From positions 14,406 through 78,405 of the forward strand of contig JBEKJJ010000003.1 of assembly GCA_050011295.1 (NCBI GenBank): 64,000 nucleotides of DNA, given 5' to 3'. The translations under genes and the position numbers were made by a program. The DNA comes from Bryobacteraceae bacterium. Its GTDB lineage: Bacteria; Acidobacteriota; Terriglobia; Bryobacterales; Bryobacteraceae. Of this stretch, positions 27,175 through 36,338 are shown in pieces. Below the pieces are notes generated by a model. That model did no database searches. It saw only the letters and a program-made list of their open reading frames with translations, and had not been told where the DNA came from. The stretch's first letter is position 1; each line of letters begins with the position of its first letter.

Positions 27175-28317
27175 ATGAGACATACATTACGATTGCTAGC
27201 GGCCAGCGCCTGTGCTTTCACATTGTGGAGCGTTACGCGGCCGCCTGAAGTTCCATTCACGAAGACCATGATCGATGCCGGAGCGGCCGAGACCGTTGCG
27301 TTTGCCGACGTCAACAAAGACGGCAAGCTGGATATCGTTTCCGGGGAATATTGGTACGAAGCGCCCGCGTGGACGCCGCATCGATTCCGGGATTTGAAAT
27401 TTCAGGACGGCTACATCGCCAACTTCTGCGACCTTCCTTTGGATGTCAACAAGGATGGGTATCCGGACATCATCAGTTGCCTTGGTTTTGAGCACCGAAT
27501 GGTGTGGATGGAAAATCCTGGCAAGAAGGGCGGGGCATGGAGTGAGCACACAATCGATCAAGGCAACTTCGTGGAGTTCGCCTTCTTGGTTGACTTGGAC
27601 AACGATGGAAAAGCCGAGGAACTGCTTCCGGATTACCTGGGCGACACAGCGCCTACGGCCTGGTATGAGGTGAAGAACGGCGAGTTTGTCAAGCACGTGG
27701 TGAGCGCGAAATCATATGGCCACGGTATCGGCGCGGGTGATGTCAACGGCGACGGCCGAACTGACATTATTACTCCGAAGGGTTGGTTTGAAGCGCCTCC
27801 AGATCCGCGAACGGGAGAGTGGAAGTGGCATCCCGATTTCGATCTGGGCGAGACCGGATTTATTTACGCGGTGGATGTGAATGGCGACGGGCGCAAGGAT
27901 CTGGTAGCCAGCGCCGCGCACGATTACGGGATCTTCTGGATGGAGCAAGGGCCGGATTCCCACTGGACTAAGCACATGATTGACGACACGTGGTCGCAGA
28001 GCCATGCATTGACCATGGTGGATGTGAATCGCGACGGCAAGCCTGATTTTCTTACAGGCAAGCGCTACATGGCGCACGATCATGATCCGGGCGCTCGTGA
28101 GCCGCTGGGGATCTATTGGTACGAATTTCTGATGGATCAGGGTAAAGTAGCTTGGGTAAAGCATGTGATCGATTACAGCTCGCGCACAGGCGCGGGAATG
28201 CACATTCCGGTGGCGGACGTGTTTGGCGATGGCGGCCTGGATTTCGCGGTGGCCGGCAAAAACGGCTTGTTCCTGTTTGAGAACCGGCCGCAAGCGAAGC
28301 GGGCGGGAACACGATGA
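27175..28317 (+). CDS. FG-GAP/VCBS repeat protein
   Basis: Six DxNxDGxxD repeats: DVNKDGKLDIVSG, DVNKDGYPDIIS, DLDNDGKAEELL, DVNGDGRTDIITP, DVNGDGRKDLVAS, DVNRDGKPDFLTG. Confidence 0.8.
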   Translation: MRHTLRLLAASACAFTLWSVTRPPEVPFTKTMIDAGAAETVAFADVNKDGKLDIVSGEYWYEAPAWTPHRFRDLKFQDGYIANFCDLPLDVNKDGYPDIISCLGFEHRMVWMENPGKKGGAWSEHTIDQGNFVEFAFLVDLDNDGKAEELLPDYLGDTAPTAWYEVKNGEFVKHVVSAKSYGHGIGAGDVNGDGRTDIITPKGWFEAPPDPRTGEWKWHPDFDLGETGFIYAVDVNGDGRKDLVASAAHDYGIFWMEQGPDSHWTKHMIDDTWSQSHALTMVDVNRDGKPDFLTGKRYMAHDHDPGAREPLGIYWYEFLMDQGKVAWVKHVIDYSSRTGAGMHIPVADVFGDGGLDFAVAGKNGLFLFENRPQAKRAGTR

Positions 28318-29150
28318 AGTTCGGCGTAAACACATTTATCTGGACCGCGAGTTTTGATCGTTCTCACTTCGCGCTGTTGCCGCGGATAAAAGAAGCCGGG
28401 TTCGATGGCGTGGAACTGCCCCTGATCAATCTTGCTGAAGTAGATGCGGGCGCGATCCGGCGGGCGCTCGAGGAAAACAAACTGGAGTGCACGTTCTGTT
28501 CTGTAATCCCTCCCGGGCTGAGCGCGATCTCGGACGACGCTGCGGTGCGTAGCACGACGCGCGAACATCTGGAGAGCTGTATTCAGGTGGCGGCGGAGGC
28601 GGGGGGCAAACTGATCGTGGGTCCTATTTATTCGCCGGTGGGGTATTTGCCGGGAAGGCGCCGGAATGCGGACGAATGGAATCGGGCCGTGGAGTGTTAT
28701 CAATCGCTGGGCGACGCACTGGCTCAGAATGATGTTTCGCTCGCGATCGAGCCGCTGAATCGTTTTGAGACGTACTTTCTGAATACAGCAGAGGATGCAG
28801 CAGATTTGTGCGAAGCAGTAGATAATCCACGAGTGGGTGTGTTATTCGATACGTTCCACGCAAACATCGAAGAGAAAGATGTTCCGAGCGCCTGCCGGCG
28901 CGTAGGCCGGCACTTGAAACACGTCCACACTTGCGAAAACGACCGTGGGACTCCGGGCACTGGCCATGTGGATTGGCCGGGAGTGTTCGCTGCTCTGCGC
29001 GAAATGAAGTACGACGGCTGGCTCACCATCGAAAGCTTCGGTTTTGCGCTGGGGGAACTTTCGGCGGCGGCGTCTATTTGGCGGGATCTGGCGCCCACGC
29101 CGGAGACAATAGCGTTTGAAGGCGTAAAATTCTTGAAATCGCTCAGCTAG
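28314..29150 (+). CDS. Sugar phosphate isomerase/epimerase (xylose-isomerase-like TIM barrel)
   Basis: MKFGVNTFIWT...AGFDGVELPL...IEPLNRFET...FDTFHANIEE are ketose 3-epimerase-like motifs. ATGA overlap with the FG-GAP gene. Confidence 0.8.
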   Translation: MKFGVNTFIWTASFDRSHFALLPRIKEAGFDGVELPLINLAEVDAGAIRRALEENKLECTFCSVIPPGLSAISDDAAVRSTTREHLESCIQVAAEAGGKLIVGPIYSPVGYLPGRRRNADEWNRAVECYQSLGDALAQNDVSLAIEPLNRFETYFLNTAEDAADLCEAVDNPRVGVLFDTFHANIEEKDVPSACRRVGRHLKHVHTCENDRGTPGTGHVDWPGVFAALREMKYDGWLTIESFGFALGELSAAASIWRDLAPTPETIAFEGVKFLKSLS

Positions 29151-29154
29151 TCAG

Positions 29155-31620
29155 CTATTCGTAACGCAAAGCTTGGTTCGGATCAATGGCCGCAGCGCGG
29201 CGAGCTGGAATGTAACTAGCTAGCAGCGTGACTGCGAGCAAGGCGATTGGAAGCACGATGAAGGTCCAGGGGTCGAACATGCTGCCCTCCTGGAGACGGG
29301 AGAAAGCCGCGCGAATCAGGCGCAGTACGCCGAAACCGCCCGCCAGGCCTAGCCCCACGCCGATCAGCGCGAGCGTCATGCCTTGGCGCAGCACAACCCG
29401 GAGTACATCCAATTGCTGAGCCCCAATCGCAATGCGGATGCCGATTTCCCGAGTCCGCCGGCTGACCGAATATGAAACCAGGCCGTACAATCCCACTAGC
29501 GCCATACCCAGTCCGAGCAGTCCCATTCCGCCGACCAGGTTCACAATCAGATGCATCGACTGGAGCCCCTGCGTCTGAAAGTACTCGCGCATGGTTCGCA
29601 CATTGTAGATGGGCTGATGAGCGTCCAGAGAACGCACTAGATTCCGCAACGGCGCGGCGAGGGAGGCCGCGTCCCCGGTGGTTTCCACCAGCAATGTCAT
29701 CCGGGTCAACGGCTGCTGCGCGGCTGGAAGATAGAAGTACGACATGCGCGGCTCGCCGAATGCCAAATACGTGGAATTCTTCGCAACGCCCACCACCTGG
29801 ATCCAAGAGGCATCGCTGCCCACGCTGCGAAAGCGTTTTCCAATGGGATCCTGGTGCGGCCAATAGTGTTCGGCCATGAACTCGTTGATCACCGCGACAT
29901 GCTGTGAAGCGTCCGTGTCTGTGGCGTGAATGCCGCGGCCGCGAACGACCGGCGTGCCGATGGTACCGAAGTAGTGTTCATCGACGAAGTTGCAGAGTAC
30001 GGACTCGCTCGCCTGGCCGTTGGGGAACTGATACCCCTCGGGCGCAATATTGTTCGTTGCGACGGACGCGCCATCGAATGGGACTGCCAACGCGAGGGCC
30101 GCATTTTCCGCGCCCGGCAACTGAAGTGCGCGGGCCGTGAGAGTTCGGTAGAAATCGCGTGTTTTTTCGGGAGAATAATGCACCAGCGACGGATCAAACG
30201 ACATCATCATCAGGTGGTCGGTGCGGAATCCCGGATTCGAGTTAATGACCGCGCGTAGCGTTCTCACGAAAAGAGTAGCGGCTGACAGCAACACCAGGGA
30301 CAACGCGACCTGCGCGATCACCAGTGCGTTCCGGCCCCAGGTCCGGCGATGAAAACCTGCGGTTTCTCCGGTCTTGAGAGCCGGCACGAGATCCGTTTTC
30401 ACGCTACGGAGGGCGGGCGCAAGTCCAAAGAATACCGCACTTAGCACAGCCGCGATGAGGCTGAAGATCAATACCCGGCGGTCGAGCTGGACTACCAGTG
30501 AGACCGGTAGTTCGCTCGCCAGCGGCAGCTTATTGAAGTAGTCGGCGCCATATTGCGCCAGGAACAACCCCACGGCAGCACCGGCCAGCGACAGGATTAA
30601 GCTCTCGGTGAGCAACTGGCGGAGCAGCCGGCCGCGTGACGCGCCAATGGCCAGCCGGACCGCCATCTCGCGGGAGCGCGATTGCGCGCGGCTGAGCAGC
30701 AGGTTGGCCACATTTGCGCACGCGATGATTAACACTAAGCCGGCAACGGCCAGCAGCATGGCGGCGAACCGAGCGTTCAACGGATTTTGCGCCACCCGTG
30801 CCTGCACTTCCGTGCGGACCAGCGCTCCATGGCTGCGATTGGTTTCTGGATAGGACGCCGCCAGATTCTTGGCGATGGTAGCCATCTCAGCATTGGCTTG
30901 CGCCAGACTAACTCCCGGTTTCAACCGGCCTTTCAGCGTGAAGATCCGATAGTTACGATGTTCGAGCGGGTTTAGATGGGCGTCGGGCGAGATGCGCGGC
31001 AACATCATCGCTGGAAGATATAGATCCGGGTGCACCACGGGTTGGATGCCGTTGAACTCCTTAGACGCCACGCCGATGATGGTGAACTCAGTGTCGTTCA
31101 AACGGATGCTGCGGCCGATGGTGTTGCGATCCCCCGCGAATCTATTTTGCCAGGTGTCGTAGGAAAGAACCGCAACCGCGTCGCGGCCGGGGACGCGGTC
31201 CTCCTCGACGGAGAAAGTGCGGCCGAGCGCAGGTGCTATTTCGAGCGTCTGGAAAAAATTGCCGCTCACCGTGAGGGCCAGCCGCAACTGAGGCAGAGCA
31301 TCTCTTTGCTCCGCCATGCCGACAAACGTGTAGGCTGCCGCGGCCAGTCCCGCGAAGGATTTATTCTTGTCTCGCAGATCGACGTAGTCAGGATAGGACA
31401 GGTAGCCCGACGGTGCGATGGCGAGATCGGGTGCGGAGTCGCTGACCGTGACGACCTGGCTTGGCCCCGGGACCGGCAACGGGCGGAACAGCAGTGCATC
31501 GGCAAGGGAAAACATCGCCGAGTTCGCCCCAATGCCGAGGGCCAGTGACAGCACGGCGATGGCGGTGAAGCCCGGAGTTTTTCGCAAGCCCCGGACTGCG
31601 TATTGGATGTCCGATAGCAT
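29155..31620 (-). CDS. ADOP-family duplicated FtsX/MacB-type ABC permease (orphan copy)
   Basis: ATG 31620 gives MLSDIQYAVRGLRKTPGFT. AAGGGAGGG lies upstream. C-terminal AIDPNQALRYE. No ATPase or adaptor gene is adjacent. Confidence 0.9.
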   Translation of the reverse strand: MLSDIQYAVRGLRKTPGFTAIAVLSLALGIGANSAMFSLADALLFRPLPVPGPSQVVTVSDSAPDLAIAPSGYLSYPDYVDLRDKNKSFAGLAAAAYTFVGMAEQRDALPQLRLALTVSGNFFQTLEIAPALGRTFSVEEDRVPGRDAVAVLSYDTWQNRFAGDRNTIGRSIRLNDTEFTIIGVASKEFNGIQPVVHPDLYLPAMMLPRISPDAHLNPLEHRNYRIFTLKGRLKPGVSLAQANAEMATIAKNLAASYPETNRSHGALVRTEVQARVAQNPLNARFAAMLLAVAGLVLIIACANVANLLLSRAQSRSREMAVRLAIGASRGRLLRQLLTESLILSLAGAAVGLFLAQYGADYFNKLPLASELPVSLVVQLDRRVLIFSLIAAVLSAVFFGLAPALRSVKTDLVPALKTGETAGFHRRTWGRNALVIAQVALSLVLLSAATLFVRTLRAVINSNPGFRTDHLMMMSFDPSLVHYSPEKTRDFYRTLTARALQLPGAENAALALAVPFDGASVATNNIAPEGYQFPNGQASESVLCNFVDEHYFGTIGTPVVRGRGIHATDTDASQHVAVINEFMAEHYWPHQDPIGKRFRSVGSDASWIQVVGVAKNSTYLAFGEPRMSYFYLPAAQQPLTRMTLLVETTGDAASLAAPLRNLVRSLDAHQPIYNVRTMREYFQTQGLQSMHLIVNLVGGMGLLGLGMALVGLYGLVSYSVSRRTREIGIRIAIGAQQLDVLRVVLRQGMTLALIGVGLGLAGGFGVLRLIRAAFSRLQEGSMFDPWTFIVLPIALLAVTLLASYIPARRAAAIDPNQALRYE

Positions 31621-31649
31621 GGCGCGCCCTCCCTTGAAACAGTGCACAT

Positions 31650-31665
31650 TGCAACTCGATTGCCA
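31650..31665 (-). promoter_or_regulatory. Candidate sigma-54 -24/-12 promoter
   Basis: The minus strand reads CTGGCAATCGAGTTGCAATGTGCACTGTTTCAAGGGAGGGCGCGCC, then ATG(31620). This gives TGGCAA-N5-TTGCA followed by a Shine-Dalgarno sequence. Confidence 0.6.
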
Positions 31666-31710
31666 GCTATCTAAGCGCGGCAAGCAATAAAGTTAGCACC
31701 AATCCGGGAT

Positions 31711-32040
31711 ATGGCATTGTCCGAAACTGGGATTGATTGGGCGCTGTTTGTGCAATACTCGGGATTAGTGAACCGGCGGGCAACATCCTGGATACTTGCG
31801 GCGCTGATGGCATTGTGCGCCGCGCAGGCGGTGCCCGTTTCGAACGTCGCGCGAACCGCGGCGAACTGCCCGATTGTTTGGGTGGCGCGAGCTCGCTCTG
31901 AACAGCCTGCCGCCATACGAATGCTGGTGCGGCGTTCGCGCGTGCCGTTGGTTATCGCGCTGGCGGACGATCCACGCGTCAACAGCGCCGCTTTTTCAAA
32001 ATCCCTCTATCAACGTCCTCCGCCCGCTCTTCTTTCTTAA
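31711..32040 (+). CDS. Hypothetical protein
   Basis: 109-aa ORF with one hydrophobic stretch (SWILAALMALCAAQAV). No recognisable family; it could be a spurious GC-rich ORF. Confidence 0.25.
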   Translation: MALSETGIDWALFVQYSGLVNRRATSWILAALMALCAAQAVPVSNVARTAANCPIVWVARARSEQPAAIRMLVRRSRVPLVIALADDPRVNSAAFSKSLYQRPPPALLS

Positions 32041-32073
32041 CTCGGTTCGAAGAGAGAAAGGAGGGCGTAATCA

Positions 32074-34197
32074 ATGCGCCGTTTATGGAAGCGTTTATTT
32101 CAATATTTATTTCCTGATCCAGCTCGGCCTCGGTCAGAGATTCAACCAATTAACTTGAGACGTGCGGAGCTTCGCCGGATGAGCGACGACGAATTGAAAA
32201 CGGCCGGACGGTGCGCTACGAGCTTGGTGGAAATTGTTGCCGTGACGGCGGTGGTAGCTGCGCGCGTGCTGGGACTCGAAATGTTCGATGTCCAATTGCA
32301 GGGCGCGCTGGCGATGGCCAACGGACGGATCGCCGAGATGCAGACCGGCGAAGGGAAGACACTGGCCGCGGTACCTGCGGTGATCTGGTACGCGAGGCAA
32401 TGCCGCGGGGTCCACGTGATGACCGTGAACGATTACCTGGCACGCCGCGATTCCCAATGGATGGGCGGCATCTACGAATTTCTGGGATTCTCAGTGGGTT
32501 GCGTCCAGCAGGGAATGTCGAGTGAGGAGCGGCGGCGGGCTTATGCATGCGACATTACCTACGCTACGCCGAACGAAATCGGATTCGATCTTTTGCGCGA
32601 CGGGCTGGCGCTTTATCCGGCTGATCAGGTTCACCGGCCCTTCGCGGCCGCGGTGATCGATGAAGTGGATTCCATTCTGATAGACGAGGCGCGCATTCCG
32701 TTAGTGATTGCCGGAGGCGCAGTGGTGGAAGAACCGCTGGCTGTTCGCATCGATCGCCTGACACGGTTTTTCCGGCGCGGGCAGCATTTCACGCTGGACG
32801 AGTACGGCAGGAACATCGCGCTGACCGATGCGGGGATTCATGCGGTTGAGAGCTCATTTGGATGCGGAAATCTGTTTGATGAGGCGAATCTCGCGTTGCT
32901 GACTGCCGCGCAGGATTCCATTCACTCGCACGCGCTACTGCGGCGCGATGTGGATTATCTGGTAAAAGACGGCGCCATTGAATCCGTGGACGAATTCAAG
33001 GGGCGCATCGCGCAGGATCGCCGCTGGCCGGCGGGGCTGCACACGGCCATCGAAGCGAAGGAAGGCGTGGCGCTCAAAGCCCAGGGCCGGATTTTGGGAT
33101 CCATCACGCTGCAGAATCTGATCGCTCTGTATCCCGAAGCTTGCGGGATGACCGGGACCGCGGCCACGCAGGCCGAGGAGTTTCGCGTGGTCTATGGAAT
33201 GGATGTGGAAGTGATTCCTCCTAATAGGCCGGTGATTCGCGTAGACTATCCGGACGTGATTTTCCCGACCAAGCGGGATAAGGAGCGCGCGGTAATCGAA
33301 GAAATCCGGCGCGTGCACCTGACCGGGCGTCCCGTAGTGGTTGGGACGCGTAGCGTGGAGGAATCCGAACGGCTGAGCTCTCGGATTCGCGGCATCGCGC
33401 ATCAGGTTTTAAACGCGCGGCACGAAGAGCAGGAGGCGCAGATGATCGCGCGCGCTGGGGAGTTAGAGGCGGTGACGATTTCGACCAACATGGCCGGCCG
33501 CGGGACCGATATCAAGCTGGGCGAAGGCGTAGCCGAGCTCGGAGGCTTGCACATTATCGGAACGAATCGGCACGAGAGCCGGCGCGTTGACAATCAGCTT
33601 CGTGGTCGCGCCGGACGGCAGGGCGATCCGGGCAGTTCGCGATTTTTCGTGTCGCTGGAAGATGATCTGTTTGTGAAATACAGCGCTGAAACGGATTCAT
33701 TCGACCGCGATCCCGAGGGCATGCAGCGCACAGTGGAGGGGCAAAATCTGGAGATCCGGATGTTCCTACGCAAGTACGAGGGAGTGCTGGAGGGGCAACG
33801 GCAAGCCATCCAGCGGCGGAGGCTTGATATTTTGATTGGCCCTGCTCCGGACCTGGAGCGCGTGATTTCGCTCACGACGATTGATGACCTGTGGTCCGAA
33901 TATCTAGCCGGTGTCACGGACATGCGCGAGGGTGTCCAGTGGCTTTCGTGGGGCGGACGCGATCCGCTGCATGAGTATTTGACGGCTATGGATACGATGT
34001 TCCACGAGCTTGAGACGCGGATTGATGAGGAGATCCAAACGCGTGTGGCGGAAGCCGAGGCAGGCCATGGTCCGGATCCGACCGAGCGTGGCGCAACGTG
34101 GACGTATTTGACGACTGATCAGCCGTTCGGAACGGCGACCGAGCGGATCATGCGGGGGATTATGAGGAAGGTCCGGGCGGGGAGGGTTTGGGGATAG
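32074..34197 (+). CDS. SecA-like preprotein translocase ATPase, compact paralog (707 aa)
   Basis: FDVQLQGALAMANGRIAEMQTGEGKTL, VIDEVDSILIDEARIPLVIAG, TNMAGRGTDIKLG, RVDNQLRGRAGRQGDPGSSRFF are SecA DEAD-motor motifs. The C-terminal wing and zinc tail appear absent. AAGGAGGG lies before the ATG. Confidence 0.85.
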   Translation: MRRLWKRLFQYLFPDPARPRSEIQPINLRRAELRRMSDDELKTAGRCATSLVEIVAVTAVVAARVLGLEMFDVQLQGALAMANGRIAEMQTGEGKTLAAVPAVIWYARQCRGVHVMTVNDYLARRDSQWMGGIYEFLGFSVGCVQQGMSSEERRRAYACDITYATPNEIGFDLLRDGLALYPADQVHRPFAAAVIDEVDSILIDEARIPLVIAGGAVVEEPLAVRIDRLTRFFRRGQHFTLDEYGRNIALTDAGIHAVESSFGCGNLFDEANLALLTAAQDSIHSHALLRRDVDYLVKDGAIESVDEFKGRIAQDRRWPAGLHTAIEAKEGVALKAQGRILGSITLQNLIALYPEACGMTGTAATQAEEFRVVYGMDVEVIPPNRPVIRVDYPDVIFPTKRDKERAVIEEIRRVHLTGRPVVVGTRSVEESERLSSRIRGIAHQVLNARHEEQEAQMIARAGELEAVTISTNMAGRGTDIKLGEGVAELGGLHIIGTNRHESRRVDNQLRGRAGRQGDPGSSRFFVSLEDDLFVKYSAETDSFDRDPEGMQRTVEGQNLEIRMFLRKYEGVLEGQRQAIQRRRLDILIGPAPDLERVISLTTIDDLWSEYLAGVTDMREGVQWLSWGGRDPLHEYLTAMDTMFHELETRIDEEIQTRVAEAEAGHGPDPTERGATWTYLTTDQPFGTATERIMRGIMRKVRAGRVWG

Positions 34198-34249
34198 TCG
34201 TTTTCAATGCGAACCGAATTAGCCATAGTCTAATACTGTAGATGCGCGG

Positions 34250-34423
34250 ATGAGCAAAACCGCCAAGAGCAAGCGTAAGCAAGTGGTTGGGCTTCCGGAC
34301 GATCAAGACATCGACCTAGCGGATCTTCCAGAAGTGACGGACTGGAGCAAAGCCGTGATTGGAAAGTTCCACAGGCCCGTTAAGAAGTCGGTACCGGCTC
34401 GGCCTCCGAAATCCAGGAAGTAG
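34250..34423 (+). CDS. Small BrnA-like antitoxin N-terminal fragment (possible remnant)
   Basis: The 57-aa manual translation is MSKTAKSKRKQVVGLPDDQDIDLADLPEVTDWSKAVIGKFHRPVKKSVPARPPKSRK. The D-x-DL-x-D-x-PE...W-x-KA-x-GKF-x-RP-x-KK motif resembles BrnA-family N-termini. The expected RHH part is missing. Below the ORF-track size cut-off. Confidence 0.3.
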   Translation: MSKTAKSKRKQVVGLPDDQDIDLADLPEVTDWSKAVIGKFHRPVKKSVPARPPKSRK

Positions 34424-34436
34424 CGCGTTTATGCCC

Positions 34437-34618
34437 ATGAAGGTGGGAGGTGATCCAACTGCTTGAGAAGCACGGTTGGCGGGAGATGCGCTCGAAGGGC
34501 AGCCATTGGCACAGCACGCATCCGGAGCAGGCATACCTAGTTACGATGCCGGGACGAAGGTAAAGAACTCGCGCCAGGAACGCTAAACGCTATGCTCAAG
34601 AAGGCAGGCTTGAAATGA
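34437..34618 (+). pseudogene. hicA: hicA toxin gene disrupted by frameshift(s)
   Basis: The middle frame reads EVIQLLEKHGWREMRSKGSHWHSTHPEQAYLVTMPGRR and stops at TAA 34561-34563. The HicA-type C-terminus GKELAPGTLNAMLKKAGLK continues in the +1 frame and ends in an ATGA overlap with hicB. The ATG at 34437 is also out of frame with the middle segment. Confidence 0.6.
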
Positions 34619-34836
34619 GTCTAAGACGATATTCCCTGGTGATCGAACCAACTAGCACAGGCTACTCGGCTTTCTCGCCGGACGTTCCAGGATGCGCCGC
34701 AGTTGGGGACACGCTCGAAGAAACGCGGCGCAATTTCCAGGACGCACTTGTGGCTCATTTCGAGGTGATGCGTGAGATTGGGGAACCGATCCCGGAACCG
34801 CGCATTGCGGTCGATTACGTCGAAGTCGCGGCCTGA
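34615..34836 (+). CDS. hicB: HicB-family antitoxin (UPF0150 fold)
   Basis: 73 aa. YSLVIEPTSTGYSAFSPDVPGCAAVGDTLEETRRNFQDALVAHFE is a typical HicB N-domain. Confidence 0.8.
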   Translation: MSLRRYSLVIEPTSTGYSAFSPDVPGCAAVGDTLEETRRNFQDALVAHFEVMREIGEPIPEPRIAVDYVEVAA

Positions 34837-34864
34837 TTCACCGTTTCGTAGTAACTTGAACCAA

Positions 34865-35677
34865 ATGGGTAGGCCTCACCTTGCGTCGGTTTGTGCGCTT
34901 GTCGCACTTTCCCTGACGGGGTTCGGGCAACAGGCGGTTGGAACGTTCAGCCAAGAATATCCGACCGCGAGAGTTCGGGAGGAGCAACAAATCATTGTAG
35001 ATGGGCTCATCGAGACCTGGCAGTTGAAGTGGACGTCGGCACCGAAGCCCCTGTGCGGCGCGGACGACTTTAGTAGCGCGATTACTTGTCCCTGCCAGGG
35101 ATTCGCCTACGGTGAGGCTGGTGAATTATTTCTCTCAAGGCTCCGGGACGGCGTGGAAATCGATCGTCTGCGTCTCACGCCATTTTTCACCGACTGGCGC
35201 GGCGAGGCAGTTTTACAACGCTGGCCGTTCTACGACAAAGACCTTAAAGGTTATCAGCGTGCGGACTTTGCTGTCGCCGTCAGGAAGCGCACACCAGTGC
35301 AAGTGATGCATTTTGGCGACTATGACCACGATGGGAGGAGCCAGGAATTCTTCCTTCAAACCGAAGCGCTCCCCTGTGGAAAGAGTGCGGGAATTGTGGT
35401 TGGGCTGTCTCAAGCCAACCCTCGGCTTCATGTGTTCGGTACCGCCTCAAATCCACGCAAGCCGTTATCCATGCAGAAGCGAGAGTGGGAAGCGCTCCGC
35501 GATGCATCGGGCCCGGCGGACGTTCTGGACTGGGCCTGCGGCGATCATGGCGCTGACACGGAGACGAGACTGCGATTACGTTGGACCGCCGAGGGTATCA
35601 TGGGGATTCGCCGCGAGTATAGCTGCCCTGCAGATGGTAAGTCTCAGCGTCGGCTGGTCCACCAACAGGCTTTGTGA
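34865..35677 (+). CDS. Hypothetical secreted protein
   Basis: ATG 34865 gives the signal-like MGRPHLASVCALVALSLTGFGQQ. 270 aa, no recognised domain. Confidence 0.55.
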   Translation: MGRPHLASVCALVALSLTGFGQQAVGTFSQEYPTARVREEQQIIVDGLIETWQLKWTSAPKPLCGADDFSSAITCPCQGFAYGEAGELFLSRLRDGVEIDRLRLTPFFTDWRGEAVLQRWPFYDKDLKGYQRADFAVAVRKRTPVQVMHFGDYDHDGRSQEFFLQTEALPCGKSAGIVVGLSQANPRLHVFGTASNPRKPLSMQKREWEALRDASGPADVLDWACGDHGADTETRLRLRWTAEGIMGIRREYSCPADGKSQRRLVHQQAL

Positions 35678-35789
35678 TTATCTGCTTTCGAACCGCCTCC
35701 CGGCCGCGCCTCCAATTTTGCAAGAATCAAGGCAACCGGCCCTCCGACTTTTTCGCCCCGGGGCCCGTCTTTGTGAATGGAGCCGAAGT

Positions 35790-36338
35790 TTGATATTTCG
35801 GGAGGTTGAGGACCGCGACCTGATCGCTAAGGCGCGACGGGGGCACGTGGACGCCTATAACGTACTCGTGTCTCGCTGGGAGAAACGTGTGTTCAACTAC
35901 CTCCTGCGGTTGGTTTCGAATCGCGAAGATGCGATGGATCTCAGTCAGGACGTATTTTTGAAAGCCTATCAAAACTTGAAAAAGCTGGAAGATCCGGCCA
36001 AATTTCCGGGCTGGCTGTTTCGCATCGCGCACAATGAGGCCTTCTCGCTGCTGCGGAAGAATCGGCCGGAGGGTGAGATCGCGGGCGAGCTCAGGAGCGG
36101 GGAATCCAGTGGCCGCATGTTTCCCATCGAGCTGAACCTGGCTATCCAGAGCGCGCTCGGCCTGCTGTCGGACGACCAACGCGAAGCCGTCCTACTGAAG
36201 GTTTATCAGGGATTCAAGTTTGAGGAGATGGCGGAGATCCTGTCCTGCCCGGTCTCCACCGTGAAATCCCGGCTGTATACCGCGCTCGACCTTCTGAAGC
36301 AGACGTTAGCTCCTGTAAACATGGGAGGCGTGGAATGA
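35790..36338 (+). CDS. ECF-type RNA polymerase sigma-70 family factor
   Basis: Region 2 (DLSQDVFLKAYQNL, FPGWLFRIAHNEA) and region 4 (DDQREAVLLKVYQGFKFEEMAEILSCPVSTVKSRLYTA). No in-frame ATG upstream of region 2. TTG 35790 lies 6 nt after GGAG. Confidence 0.8.
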   Translation: MIFREVEDRDLIAKARRGHVDAYNVLVSRWEKRVFNYLLRLVSNREDAMDLSQDVFLKAYQNLKKLEDPAKFPGWLFRIAHNEAFSLLRKNRPEGEIAGELRSGESSGRMFPIELNLAIQSALGLLSDDQREAVLLKVYQGFKFEEMAEILSCPVSTVKSRLYTALDLLKQTLAPVNMGGVE

